Shown piece by piece: positions 1 through 11,197 of a stretch of DNA of 64,000 bases (position 1 is its first letter; every line of letters begins with the position of its first letter). The position numbers were made by a program, and so were the translations under genes. This stretch comes from Rhizodiscina lignyota. Taxonomy: Eukaryota. The notes beneath the pieces are model-generated. The model did not search any database. It saw only the letters and a program-made list of their open reading frames with translations, and was not told the DNA's origin. The DNA is taken from the NCBI GenBank assembly GCA_010015805.1, contig ML978126.1, forward strand, positions 744,001 through 808,000. The letters run 5' to 3'.

Positions 1-606
1 CTACAGGATTCAATAATCCGTCTCGCCGTCCTCCTTCTCCTCTTCGACGTCTACCTAACCTGGGCACGCATCGAGAAATCCTCGCACCCCGCCCACACCG
101 ACAACCCGCTTCCCCCATCCCCGCTCTCATCCCAACCTCTCGTCCTGCAGTATCTCTTCTTTCTCGCGCTCTGCGCCATCTCCACACTCGCATTCCACCT
201 CCCCATCCGCCTCCTCTGCAAATACCCACCGCACTACCTCTCCACCGAGACTCAAGGCGGATTCGGAATCTTCCCGTACTATCCGCACCCGAACCCGTTG
301 TCGACGGCGCTGCTGGTGTCCAGCTGCACGAAGCTCTTCCCACTGCTGCTGATCGTGTGGGAGTACGATCTGCCGAGCTCGGCGAGCGCGGTCAGCTGGG
401 CGGTCATTGTGAACAATATCGCAGCGCTGGAGATCCTGATGGACTGTGGGTATGTGAGGGCAGCGCTGCTGGTGGCAATTGGGGCCGGGTGTAGGGCAAC
501 GCTGAGTTGGGCGGTTCTGAGGGCTGTGGGGATGGAGGGGAGGTTGGGGTGGAGTTGGCAAGATGTGCCAGGGAGCTCGTTGGTGGAGTGGGCTGTGGGT
601 TGGTGA
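1..606 (+). CDS. ARV1: Arv1 family lipid/sterol homeostasis protein, 5'-truncated at the window edge
   Basis: Frame 1 is open from base 1: IIRLAVLLLLFDVYLTWARIE...STALLVSSCTKLFPLLLIVWEYD, typical fungal Arv1 segments. Stop TGA at 604-606. Confidence 0.85.
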   Translation, partial: LQDSIIRLAVLLLLFDVYLTWARIEKSSHPAHTDNPLPPSPLSSQPLVLQYLFFLALCAISTLAFHLPIRLLCKYPPHYLSTETQGGFGIFPYYPHPNPLSTALLVSSCTKLFPLLLIVWEYDLPSSASAVSWAVIVNNIAALEILMDCGYVRAALLVAIGAGCRATLSWAVLRAVGMEGRLGWSWQDVPGSSLVEWAVGW

Positions 607-866
607 TTACGATTCTGTATGATAGTAACTGGAGTTTATGTGATTCGTGCTGGCTCGTCGCGGGTACATAGTGACAGCCCGCAACTTTCAAAGAAGGAAG
701 TGAACTTGCTGGTATCCATTATGATTCGCGCGGAAATGTACAAAGATGATATCCACGTATTCAGCGCCGTGAAACTCCGTCCAGTGCTCAATATACAGGG
801 ACGCTTGAGATCCTCTCCGGCCTCGACTGTAGATGTGATCTCCTTCCTCCCAAATGCACGCTAATC

Positions 867-1238
867 TCATCCGGCATGTGCCCTCAAATCATTCCGTCTC
901 GGCTCGATGAGTGGATGCCATTGCGCAAGGAAGGTAATCGCCCACATGATGAAGCAGGACCACGCGGAGAGGATGAGGGAGGATCGCCAGACTCTGTTTC
1001 CGAGAAGCGCATCAGTAAGTCTCTTACTCACAGAATACCTCTAAACCCTAAGAGTACAATGTTGAAGGCAGGTTCGAGGCTAGACACATACGTTTGATTT
1101 TCGCCCTTTGGCGACACGAACCAGGCGACGGCGCTGAAGACGATGATGAAAACAAGGCCAATGATTAGGGACCAGCTGGGGACAATGTCAGCTCTCTGCA
1201 TACGAGGGTTAAGGGAGGAGAGCATACCCGTTCGCCAT
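867..1238 (-). CDS. VMA9: V-type ATPase V0 subunit e (3 exons)
   Basis: Spliced reading MANG|WSLIIGLVFIIVFSAVAWFVSPKGENQT|VWRSSLILSAWSCFIMWAITFLAQWHPLIEPRRNDLRAHAG*. The WAITFLAQWHPLI motif is characteristic; introns are GT..AG. Confidence 0.9.
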
Positions 1239-1721
1239 TTTGACTGCACGGTTGTTCAGGATGATATCGGTTGATCTGAAGAGCTCCAGAGCTGCCTGCT
1301 CTCTTTCGATGTGATGTTCGGAGGTCGGAGTTTGAGATCACGTGACTTTAGATGATGCCACGGCAGAGTCTTATCTCCAATGAGAGCGTGCGAATTGCTC
1401 CTTCTTTCTTTTCTTTCCTTCTTTCTCTTCTTTTAGAATATTTTCAAGATATCTTTTTAATGATTCTTTCCATCAGCTGTCACGATTGTCCATTCTCGCC
1501 GAGCAATTGGTTAGAGGGACGGTTGAGCAAACCGCTGTTGAAATAAAAATTTACACGCTGTGCGACGGGCAAGCTTTTCAACTTCACATCACGCGAGACG
1601 AGTTAAGACTTGGAATCTTCCGTGCTCTACTTTTGGGTTCTCTTCATAGGTCTAGACAGCTTCAGCAACTATTCACTTCGCCAGCTAACTAGGACACCCA
1701 TCTCATCTTGAGAATTCCACT

Positions 1722-2423
1722 ATGGCAAACGGAGAATCCCCTTCTCTCGCTTCATACAAATCAAAGTTTCTATCAGACTGCGTGTCTGCCGAAGCGCTGA
1801 AGTTCGGCACGTTCACACTCAAATCGAAACGTATATCGCCATACTTCTTCAATGCTGGTCTTTTCCATTCAGCAAAGCTCGCCAGGTCAATCTCGGCTGC
1901 ATATGCCTCTACTCTAGCATCCGCAAACATTGAGTTCGACGTACTGTTTGGGCCCGCATACAAAGGCATCCCGCTCGCCGCTCTCACTGTCGACAAGCTT
2001 GGCGGGATTGACCCGAAGTATGAGAACATCAGCTACAGCTTCAACCGCAAGGAGGCAAAAGATCACGGCGAGGGCGGGAACATCGTCGGCGCCAGCCTCA
2101 CGGGGAAACGAATTGTTATCATCGACGACGTGATTACGGCGGGCACGGCGATTCGTGAGGCCATTGAGATCATCAAGAGGGAAGGCGGCACGCTTGTTGG
2201 GATCCTTGTAGCTTTCGATCGGTTGGAAAAGACGCCGAGTGCCAACGATGATGACGGACAGCCGAGACCGAGCGCGATTGGGGAGGTCAGGAGACAGTAT
2301 GGGATCCCTGTGATGGCTATTCTGACGCTAGATGATGTCGTGGAGTACTTGCGAGGCATTGGTACCGAGGACGACATCAAGAGGCTTGAGGAGTATCGGA
2401 CGAAATATAAGGCGAGTGACTGA
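1722..2423 (+). CDS. URA5: Orotate phosphoribosyltransferase
   Basis: [39 protein letters not shown] and the PRPP-binding motif [13 protein letters not shown]. Confidence 0.98.
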   Translation: MANGESPSLASYKSKFLSDCVSAEALKFGTFTLKSKRISPYFFNAGLFHSAKLARSISAAYASTLASANIEFDVLFGPAYKGIPLAALTVDKLGGIDPKYENISYSFNRKEAKDHGEGGNIVGASLTGKRIVIIDDVITAGTAIREAIEIIKREGGTLVGILVAFDRLEKTPSANDDDGQPRPSAIGEVRRQYGIPVMAILTLDDVVEYLRGIGTEDDIKRLEEYRTKYKASD

Positions 2424-3309
2424 GAGGGAGTGAATAGCTGGCTGCCTTTGTTTGCTGGTACGCAAAGAAATAGAATGCAAATTTCGGAGCATCTGCCTGA
2501 CTCATTGAAAAAGATCCCGGACATTCTCTAACTGAGACTTATTCAATAGTCTCACTCGGGTGGCCAACTGACAGCAGCTGAGACAGTCATCCACGTGGCT
2601 TAGCTGCGGGAAGGGTTGACTTGTCCTTCTGCTAGCCCACACACATTATTGAGAACAGGTTCGAGCAGAGGAAGCATGTTTCTGTTCTAGCGATATGTAC
2701 ACTCAGTCTCTTGGACTGAGCCCATCAATCTCCGTTTCCCCTTTCGAACCTGTCCTTTGAATGGTTTAACTGACATGCGACCCGCCACCTGATGCAGCCC
2801 TAAGCTACGCTGAGCTCCTTAGCAGGCTTCCTCCGGTTTCCGGTTCCGCATATGAGGAAATCAAATGGCTGCTGACTGCCATCCAATAGGGGGACTCCGC
2901 GAAACCAACCATAGGGGTGGTAGCGAGGACCGCCGTGAAATCCTCCCTCCCACGCCTCACTCCTCGCAAAAGAAGTTGAAGCACGCGTTGCTTGTAGGAC
3001 GAAAAACTCCGCCGCTTTCCCGAATGCCCACACACGGAGCAAATGCGGTTGGCCTCCGAGAGACTAACTCGAGGTCCTCCCGTGGATCGTAGTATCCTCG
3101 AATCCTTAACAAAAAACGTCGAACATCAGCGTCGCTAAAAAGATGCTCACCGATTCCTGAAGGTGGATGCGTGTCGTACGACATTCTTATGAGATTCGAA
3201 CACTTTGCGGTCTTCGGAAGGTGTGAATCCTTTTTATTCATCGATTCATTGCAAGAAAACCGCATCCACCAAATGCAAAGCGAAACGAACAGTCACAAAT
3301 ACGTTCAGG

Positions 3310-6300
3310 TCATCTGTACATCGCCATCACCATCCTGCCATTCATAGAACGCTGCAAGTAAAGCATCCGAGTCGGATAGGTCCGGATCGAGCTCCCTGAT
3401 AGACCCAAATTCGCGCTCAACAATTTGAGCAGCATTTCGCTCTGCTGTCCGTCCAAAGCCTGATTATCTGGTCGCGACGAGCTCGATTCAAGCGTTTCGA
3501 CAGATGGAGACTTGTCCTGAGTGACTTCGGCGTCACTCTCGTCCCATTCGTCGAAGCTCTTGTCCCATTCGTCGAATGCCTCAGAAGAGCTCAATTCGGA
3601 ATCTTCGACAGATTCAATCTCATCCTCGAAAATATGGCTTTCTGTGCTAGTGGCCATGGAAACGCCATTCGGCTGCCCAGAAAATGTAGCAGGTGAGCTC
3701 TGAGCCTTGTGCTCCTGGAGAAGTGAAGCGACGGCAAAGTGGCCATTTAGCCTTGCTCTTTTAAAAGCTCGATCATACTGACCAGCCCCACTCTTACCAA
3801 TGTCAGCACCACAATCCAGCAAAAACTTGACGATATCGATTCGGCCATGCTCTGCTGCACCTTCAAGGGCCGTTCTCCCGTCTGTTTCTGCCGGTGGAGC
3901 GTTCACGTCGGCGTCGCGCTCCACGAATAACACGACCAATCCGAGGTAGCCCTGCATTGCTGCATATTGAAGCGCTGTTGCCCCCTTATCTGGCGCTGCA
4001 GGTGCGTTTACGTCTGCTCCATTCTCCAGTAGAACATCGATTATTGGCTTCGAGCCCTCCTGGGTGGCCATTTGTAGAGGGGTGGAAGGCCATGACCATG
4101 AGGTAGTACTGTCTACTTTTGCGCCGTGGTGTAACAATAGTTTTACAGTGTCTCTATACCCAACATTCACTGCGAGCTGCAGAGGAGTCGGCAAATACTT
4201 CGAATCAAGCAATTTAAGATCGGGCCACTGCACACCACGGAGGAAGAACCACCAGCGTTCATAGGGTTCATCATTATTCTGCTTATCGGGATCCAGTCTC
4301 ACGATGTTCGCGGTGATGAGGATCGTGGCCATCTCTAATCGGTGCTCCAGTATAGCTGTCAACAATGCCCAGCTACCGATGTTATCACAGTCGAAACCTG
4401 CAGGATCTTGGGGGAGCGATTTGATGCGTTCAACGAGAATTCGCAGGATCCCTTCATTTCCTCCGATCACGGGCCTCGGCAATGCCCAGCGATCCATTGG
4501 ATTCGCACCTTCCTGCAAGAGCAGTTCAACGAAGTATGGGTCTCCACCCCAAGCAGCAACCTCCAGGGGAGATTCAACTGATTGTGATCTATTTGTGTTA
4601 GCCCCCAGCTGAAGGAGTTGGTGGACCAGATCTTGATTTCTGCACCATATCGCCATTGTGAGCGGAAATTGAACATTGTACAGCCTAGCATCCCGCCCTC
4701 GAGCGTTTATGTCAGCTGTCGATTCAAGAACTTTTTGAATCACGACTGGGTTGCCCCATTCGATGGCGTGAACAAGAGTATCTGTTCTGTTCCTGCATGC
4801 GTAAGAGTCGTTGCAGCATTGGCAACCTCCAGACTTAATGGAGCCTCGATTGACATCGGCTCCTGCATCGAGCAACTTCAGGACCATTTCCTCATTCCGA
4901 TGCGATATAGCGAGCATGAGAGCGGTCTCACCACGCAATGCCGATTTGCGATAAGAGGTTTCGGTTCCAGACACGTTAACATCAGCGCCTATTGAAATCA
5001 GATAATACACCATATCGAAGTGAGATTCCTTCAAGGCGTAACATATAGAACTTCCAAGCGAATTCAATATGGCAGTACGATGCAAGCCCCCGAGGATGAG
5101 AACCTGTTTTAGGGCGCTGCCACCTCGTTCGCAGCATGACTCAATTGCGTTCCGGAGACCCGGAGAGTCGACAATGGCCATGCTGGGTGTAATCCATTTC
5201 GTGCCAAAGAGGTCGTCGATGAGCGAGGACATATTATACCTAATTCCGGATAAGAGCAAGTTGTTTCGAGCTAGCGTACAACACTCTGAGAAATGAAGTA
5301 CTCTGACTTTGGTCTGCGCGCAAAATCTGCTCCAGAAAAGCGAGATAACGTTCGTTGCTTCCAATGGCAATGGAGAACCGATATTACACAGTGCATTGTC
5401 GAATGCATTGGCCAGAAGATATTCGACGATTTCGACATCAGAATTTTCGTCTACATCTGCCCAGACCTCCGTGGTTATAAGCGCTCCATATTCTAAGAGC
5501 AGTTCGACTGTATCTCTTCCACTAACAAGGGCAAATGCCAAGGGACGGCCGAAGGTCACTTTCGGGCAGCCACAGTTTGCGTTCACGTCCGCACCTGCAT
5601 CTAGTAGACTCCGGATGACACTAAACTCTTCCATTGATCCGTAATCAAAGCAGCAGGTACTGGCTGGATCTGAGGGCAAGTCATTAAAACGCTCGGGATG
5701 GAAGACTTCGTGCAGTGCCGTGGTTTTCTGTCTGGTCTTGTAATCAACCCTGGCTCCTTTGGCGAGAAAAAGGTCGACGAGTTGTTTATCCGTGTAATAC
5801 GCGGCGACTGTAAGAGGGGACTGGCTATAACGCAGTCTACTAAGACAACCGTCAAGGGGATTTGCCATAATCATATCGTACGACTTATCATGTATGGTTT
5901 CAGTTTCCGTTGGGTTAAGCTTGGCGCCTTTCGTCAAAAGGGCGTCGATTAGAGTCAAGAAATCGCTCCGAGTGTCATTGCCAGCAACAGGGTAGCGATG
6001 AAATCCAAAAATAGCAAGAACAAGAATGCTCATATCCCAACCTCTTTCACTTTCGTCAATATATGCCCCAAATTCCAGCAGATCCAGAGCCATATCTGGA
6101 CGTCTAGATAAACATGCATACTGCAAAGGTGTGCAGGTGCCGTAGCTGGCGATGTGTCTACACTGATTACCATTTGGATTCACACCTGCCCGCAGCAAAT
6201 GTCTCACAGTGTAGAGATCCCCAGCTTCGACTGTTAAACGAAACAGTTGCTCTCTGAGCGCTTGCGCCGTTGGTGTTCGCATATCGCAAAGAGCGTCAAG

Positions 6301-7348
6301 GTATCGTAAAACGCCGTGATTTTTCAGGCTTTTGAGCACCTCTTTACTCTGTGATCCGGCAGGAAAATTGTTTGACGCGAGAGAAATCGCTATGTTAAGA
6401 AAGTCACCAGAGTCAATGCAATTGTATCTTTCGATGGTAAGCCCCTGACCAAAGACTATGTTTGGAAGAATAGCATTCAGCTTTCGTGCAGTCAAACTGA
6501 TCTTCGAACATTCGGAAACCTTTGGAAGGAGAAATGAGAGTGCCTGAAGGTCTGGTTTGAGAGTGACGATAGTTTCTGGTGGTGATTTCATCAGCACTAA
6601 AGGTAGGGTAGTGGGTGGATACGCTCCAATTACATACGGAGAAAAGGTCCCGCCTCGGCTTGAAACTTTAGTATTGGCAGGCTTTGAAGAGCCTGAAAAA
6701 TATATTCGGTTGGATTCTGGTTTGGATAGGTCAGAGTACAATAATCGAAGCTGACAGGTGTTCGGGGCGTTGGACCTTTGTATTTCTCAGCTTTAACTTT
6801 AGATCAAGGGGAGAGCATACCCACCATCAACAGCGTAAATCCGATCCACACTAGTTGTATGAGTACTCTGGCGTCTACTCTCCGTTTCGACTTTCTTTTG
6901 AGACAGAAATTGGCCCTGGTAGTAAATGATGGTCTGTTTGCCCATCATTTTCCGTTTTGATATTATCACGTCGATTTCGGTCCAACTCTTGCAATTTGTG
7001 TTCTTGCGAAAGCCCCATTCTTTGATTTTTCGCTCGAACTGTTTTGGCCTAGATATACCAATGTCAATATTTCTCAGTGGAGTGCATCTTGGAACAGCAT
7101 TGGCTCATCAAGCTGCAGTCAACGCTATCGCTGATCGCTGGCTGACGGCAGTCTCAATACTAACGGGGCAGAAAAGTTGCTACATACGTTGCAATAAAGT
7201 CAAAACGATCTTTCATGATCTCGACCAACCCTCTCTCTCTTCCATGACCTTTACGTGCTCTGCTCGTTTGAAGTGGATGGGTTTGGTAGAGCCCTTGAAT
7301 AGTGTCCTTGAATTCCTCCCACTTTTCAGAGGGGATAGGCTTTGCCAT
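3310..7348 (-). CDS. Clr5-domain / multi-ankyrin-repeat protein (multi-exon)
   Basis: Exon 1 MAKPIPSEKWEEFKDTIQGLY...MKDRFDFIAT and exon 2 PKQFERKIKEWGFRKN resemble a Clr5 domain. The long ORF 3310-6741 has many ankyrin repeats (TPLQYAC, TALMLAI, TPLQMAT, TALQYAA, TALEGAAEHG) and an acidic tail. Confidence 0.8.
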
Positions 7349-8558
7349 GATGGATGAAGAGAACTATGGGCATAATGGTAGAATAGAGCTTGCGGTGCAC
7401 TATGGCTATGCAGCGATCATTTCGGTCCGGGGGAGTGTTGGTTTATTGAGGGAATTCAAGAGCGTAGTTTGGCAAAGCCATATGTTCATGAGGCTGGCCG
7501 GTGAAGATGCGGAGCCTTGCCCTGGACTGGCTTTTTGATTGGCTCAGAACAAAATCCCTTCGACTCCCCCCTGCCTCTGACGCACAGTGAATGTGACAAG
7601 TTCAGTAAGGTGTGGGGCGAGGGCGTCCGCTCCACAGCTCGTGACGCGTTCTCGCCTGTTCCGATCCTAACGAAATTTCCACAGTCGATTGGCAGAGAGC
7701 AGAATCCGCTCCCCACGGGCCACGATCCTTGTTCCAACTTCTTGATGCGAAACTCTTTCGACTCGGAGCACAGAAAATAGCAACTCGCTACTTATTGGAC
7801 GGCATCAAAACCCGCATAGAGTGCCTCAAGGCAAACTCAATATCCACGGCTGTCGAGGTGGCTGCCCGGCATTCTCGTGGCCTTGGGCCCCTTCGTCATG
7901 TCCACAAAAGCATGCGACCAGTTTTCACTTCGGCTCGGATTGGCTGAAACCAAAATCCTCAGTTTTGATGGCCGAGACTGCCATATTCAGATTCTAGTGT
8001 GCCTATATTCATGATATGAGAACTGGTAGTATAAGTTTTAAATATCTCGCAATATTCGATGTGAAAGCGCAAGTTCTAAATACATATGAGAATAGCTCAA
8101 ACTTAGGCATCTAGGTCTTTTCCACTCGCATCTCCATATCCTTTTTATCGAAATATACTGCATAATGCAGCCACAGATTATCATTGCTCTCGTAACCCTT
8201 CTGGTTGTTTCACCGCCAACAATTCTTCTCCTCTGGACATTGCTTCGTCGTCACGTAAACTCGAACGGTGATTATTTCTCTGCTCTGTTAGGAAATAAAC
8301 TCTTGTTCTGAGAGTAACATGACTTAGGGAATGAGAATGGAACTCCAAGCATTGGCATCGACGATGAGCTTAACGAGACTCGTGGAGCATCCCACATCGA
8401 CCAACCCGGTAGGTAGAGAGCTTGCATATGACCTCGAATACGAGCGGGAAAATGCTGATGAGAGGGCCAGGAAACACTGGAACTGCTTCTAAGCCCCTAG
8501 GAACAAGTACAATTAGTGTCCTCACCGCAGACCCTCGTGCCGACAGCGAGTCCAATAT

Positions 8559-8597
8559 CCCCCTCACGGCCAGGAATGCTGCAGGCTGACTAAGCCC
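8559..8597 (+). repeat. Left terminal inverted repeat of piggyBac element
   Basis: ccccctcacggccaggaatgctgcaggctgactaagccc, exact reverse complement of 10697-10735. Confidence 0.95.
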
Positions 8598-8680
8598 TCC
8601 CAAGCAGGGGCTTAGCACCCATAAACAATATTGTAAACAAGCGAATTCTAGGTGCATCAAGCACCGATTCAAGCCAGAAA

Positions 8681-10627
8681 ATGCCTATTAGATCTCTAAT
8701 TGATGAGGACCAGGTCCCCCCAGAGCCTCCAGCTAAAAAGCCTCGAAAAACCCCTCCGAAACAGTGGCCAGCGCCTTAATTCACCCCTCTCGAAATCGGC
8801 ACACAAGCACCGAATATTGGGACTCCAGCACCTAAAGTACAGCACTTTCAGCACCCATATGAGGTCTTTAAAGCCTTCTTCAATGATCAGTGGATACAGT
8901 ACCTTCATATTGCGACAAACAGAAGGGCAGGCACCGAGAGAGAGGGTACACAAGCACCGAATGCAAGAGCCTGGAAGCCAACACAATCTGAAGAGATAGA
9001 GGCTTATCTAGGAGTGCTGCTCTGGGTGGGTTTGCACCCAGCTGGGCCTCTAGAAGACTACTGGAATACTAGCAGCCAGAAGCCGATCCACAGGCCGATT
9101 CAGGACTCGCTTTCAAGGCAGAGGTGGCAGCAAATCCACCGCTACTTTCAGTTGCCAGGCACCCAGGAAACAGGTGCTGCTGTGCCTAGTACTCCTTTCA
9201 AGGCTTATTCAAAGGTATGGGTACTTAGTACTCATCTACAGGAGCAATCAAAGCTGCTCTAGGTGCCTGGCAAGCACCTAGCTATTGATGAAACAATCAC
9301 CCGATTCCAAGGCCGTGCTAAGGAGACTGTGAATATCCCAAGCAAACCAGAGCCTGAGGGCTTCAAGATCTGGGTCCTAGGTGACTCTGGGTACGTGTTA
9401 CAGTGGCTATTCCACTCAAAAGGCACCCTAAAAGGCCAGGGGCCACAGGGGCTTGATGGCACCTAGAATGGTATTTCAAAAACAGAGCAGGTAGTACTCC
9501 AGCTAGTACATAACCTCCTAGTACCCCCAAACCAGCATGTAATCTGGCTTGACAATCTCTTTAGCTCTGAAGGCCTTTTCAGTACCTTAAGAGCCCAGGG
9601 CATCGGTGCTGCGGGTACTGTACGCACCTAGAACACAGAAAGAGAGCAACAGGAGGAGGATTCAAGCACCCAGCAGCCTCAAAGCACCTAGAACAGCACC
9701 CAGCTCAGTACCCAGCCGCCCTAGGGCACTCAAAACAGCACTCAGGCGCCTCAGGGCACCCAGAGCACCCAGGGCACCCAGGGCACCTGGAGCACCCGCG
9801 CGAGGGCCCAGAAGGCCGCCCCAAACAGAGGCCTTACCAAGCGAATTGCAGCAATCAAGCCGGCTGGCTTAGGCATCCCCTGGGGCACTGAGTACCTGGA
9901 CTGCAGCCAGGGGGGCCAGGTGCTGCAAATGGCTATCAAGGACCAAGTGCCAGTACTGTTTATGAGTACTGTGCACTCACTTGATATAGAAGGCCACCTG
10001 GAGCGAGTCCTGAGGCACCGGAAGCGGCCTATGAATGGCAACAGCTTAGCAAAGGCGCCCTTCGGGGGCTTACCAACCAAAACCCTCCCGTTTCCAGTAC
10101 CTTTAGATGACTACAATCATCATATGGGTGCAGTCGACCGAGCAGATCAACTATCTAGGTGCTTTGAGCCTCAGTTTCGGCTACAGAAGACCTGGATGCC
10201 TCTATTTAGGTGGCTACTCATGACAGCTGTCACTAACTCCTGGGTGCTCTGGAGCAGGCGAAGCACCCAGAACAGCACCTACCAGGCTTATTCACACAGG
10301 GACTTTATCAGGGAGGTAGCACTAAAGCTGCTTACACGGGTACAGAGGGCCCCAGAGTTTCGAAAGCATCTCCGGCTTCTGGGGGCTATTAGCAAGGCTA
10401 CAAGCACCCAGCACCACCTGGGAAGGCTCCTGAAAAGGGGCTATTGTATTATTTGTTCAAATATAAGGCAACAGAGCCGTCAGGTGCTTGCGCCTATTAT
10501 AAACAGTAGTTCTGGGAGGGTGAAAAGGCCTTCACAGTCCTCATTTGGGTGCCTCATATGCGATAAACCTATTTGTAAGGGGGGCAATTGCTTTAGTATA
10601 CACTTAGAAGTAGTACTATCTAATTAG
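8681..10627 (+). pseudogene. piggyBac transposase pseudogene (in-frame nonsense codons)
   Basis: One reading frame with catalytic motifs LAIDET, WLDNLF and GAVDRADQ plus a C-terminal Cys-rich domain (CIIC...CLICDKPIC...C...H). In-frame stops at 8777, 9260, 9464, 9629, 9689 and 9722. Confidence 0.92.
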
Positions 10628-10696
10628 AATTAAGTTTGAACCGAAAGTTGTTGTATAAATCTAATTTCTAGGTGCTTGATGCACCTGTTTTCCAGG

Positions 10697-10735
10697 GGGC
10701 TTAGTCAGCCTGCAGCATTCCTGGCCGTGAGGGGG
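10697..10735 (-). repeat. Right terminal inverted repeat of piggyBac element
   Basis: gggcttagtcagcctgcagcattcctggccgtgaggggg, exact reverse complement of 8559-8597. Confidence 0.95.
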
Positions 10736-11197
10736 ATAGGGCCAAGCGAGATAGCTCCATTGAGCGATGCTACTCACGAGACGTATCCGACCTGCAGCAT
10801 TGCAATAGATAGCCCAGAGGCTGCCGTAAACAATCGAGAAACTATTCGAAAGGGTCCCACTTGGCCAGGAGGGCACCAAGACAAGAAATAACAGAGGGCT
10901 GGCTAGACACCAAGTCCATTTAGACTAGTCAGAGAGACGGAAAGGCTTAGAAAATAGGAATCAAAAGATTAACGAAGAGACACTACATGTGGGAAATGTC
11001 TGTACAGGGACGGCAAGGCTTTTCGGAGACGTGACATATCAACGTCGTAACAAGAAGCTCTCGGACATGCCAGCTACGCAGTTCAACTATTCCAGAAGAT
11101 GTTAAAATACGGGTGATTATTATGTGCGCCGAATCGTGCATTTTGCACAGACCATACCGCCCATTTGTTGCTCCCATCAGGGCCAAGCCTCTTTCCC

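Larger units (their letters stand above)
8559..10735 (+). mobile_element. piggyBac-superfamily DNA transposon, 2177 bp, defective
   Basis: Perfect 39-bp TIRs at 8559-8597 and 10697-10735 beginning CCCCC. A 16-bp subterminal inverted repeat lies at 8650-8665 / 10671-10686. Internal DDD transposase. Flanks are ATAT (left) and ATAG (right). Confidence 0.93.

Noticed and set aside
1..606. ARV1 (linked to sterol/sphingolipid homeostasis) as part of the sphingoid cluster
   Set aside because: It lies >10 kb away in a housekeeping block with VMA9 and URA5, separated by an ankyrin gene and a transposon; the proximity is probably coincidental.
2800..3265. Short minus-strand ORFs downstream of the ankyrin gene
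   Set aside because: No recognisable motifs or convincing gene model; could be UTR or a relic.
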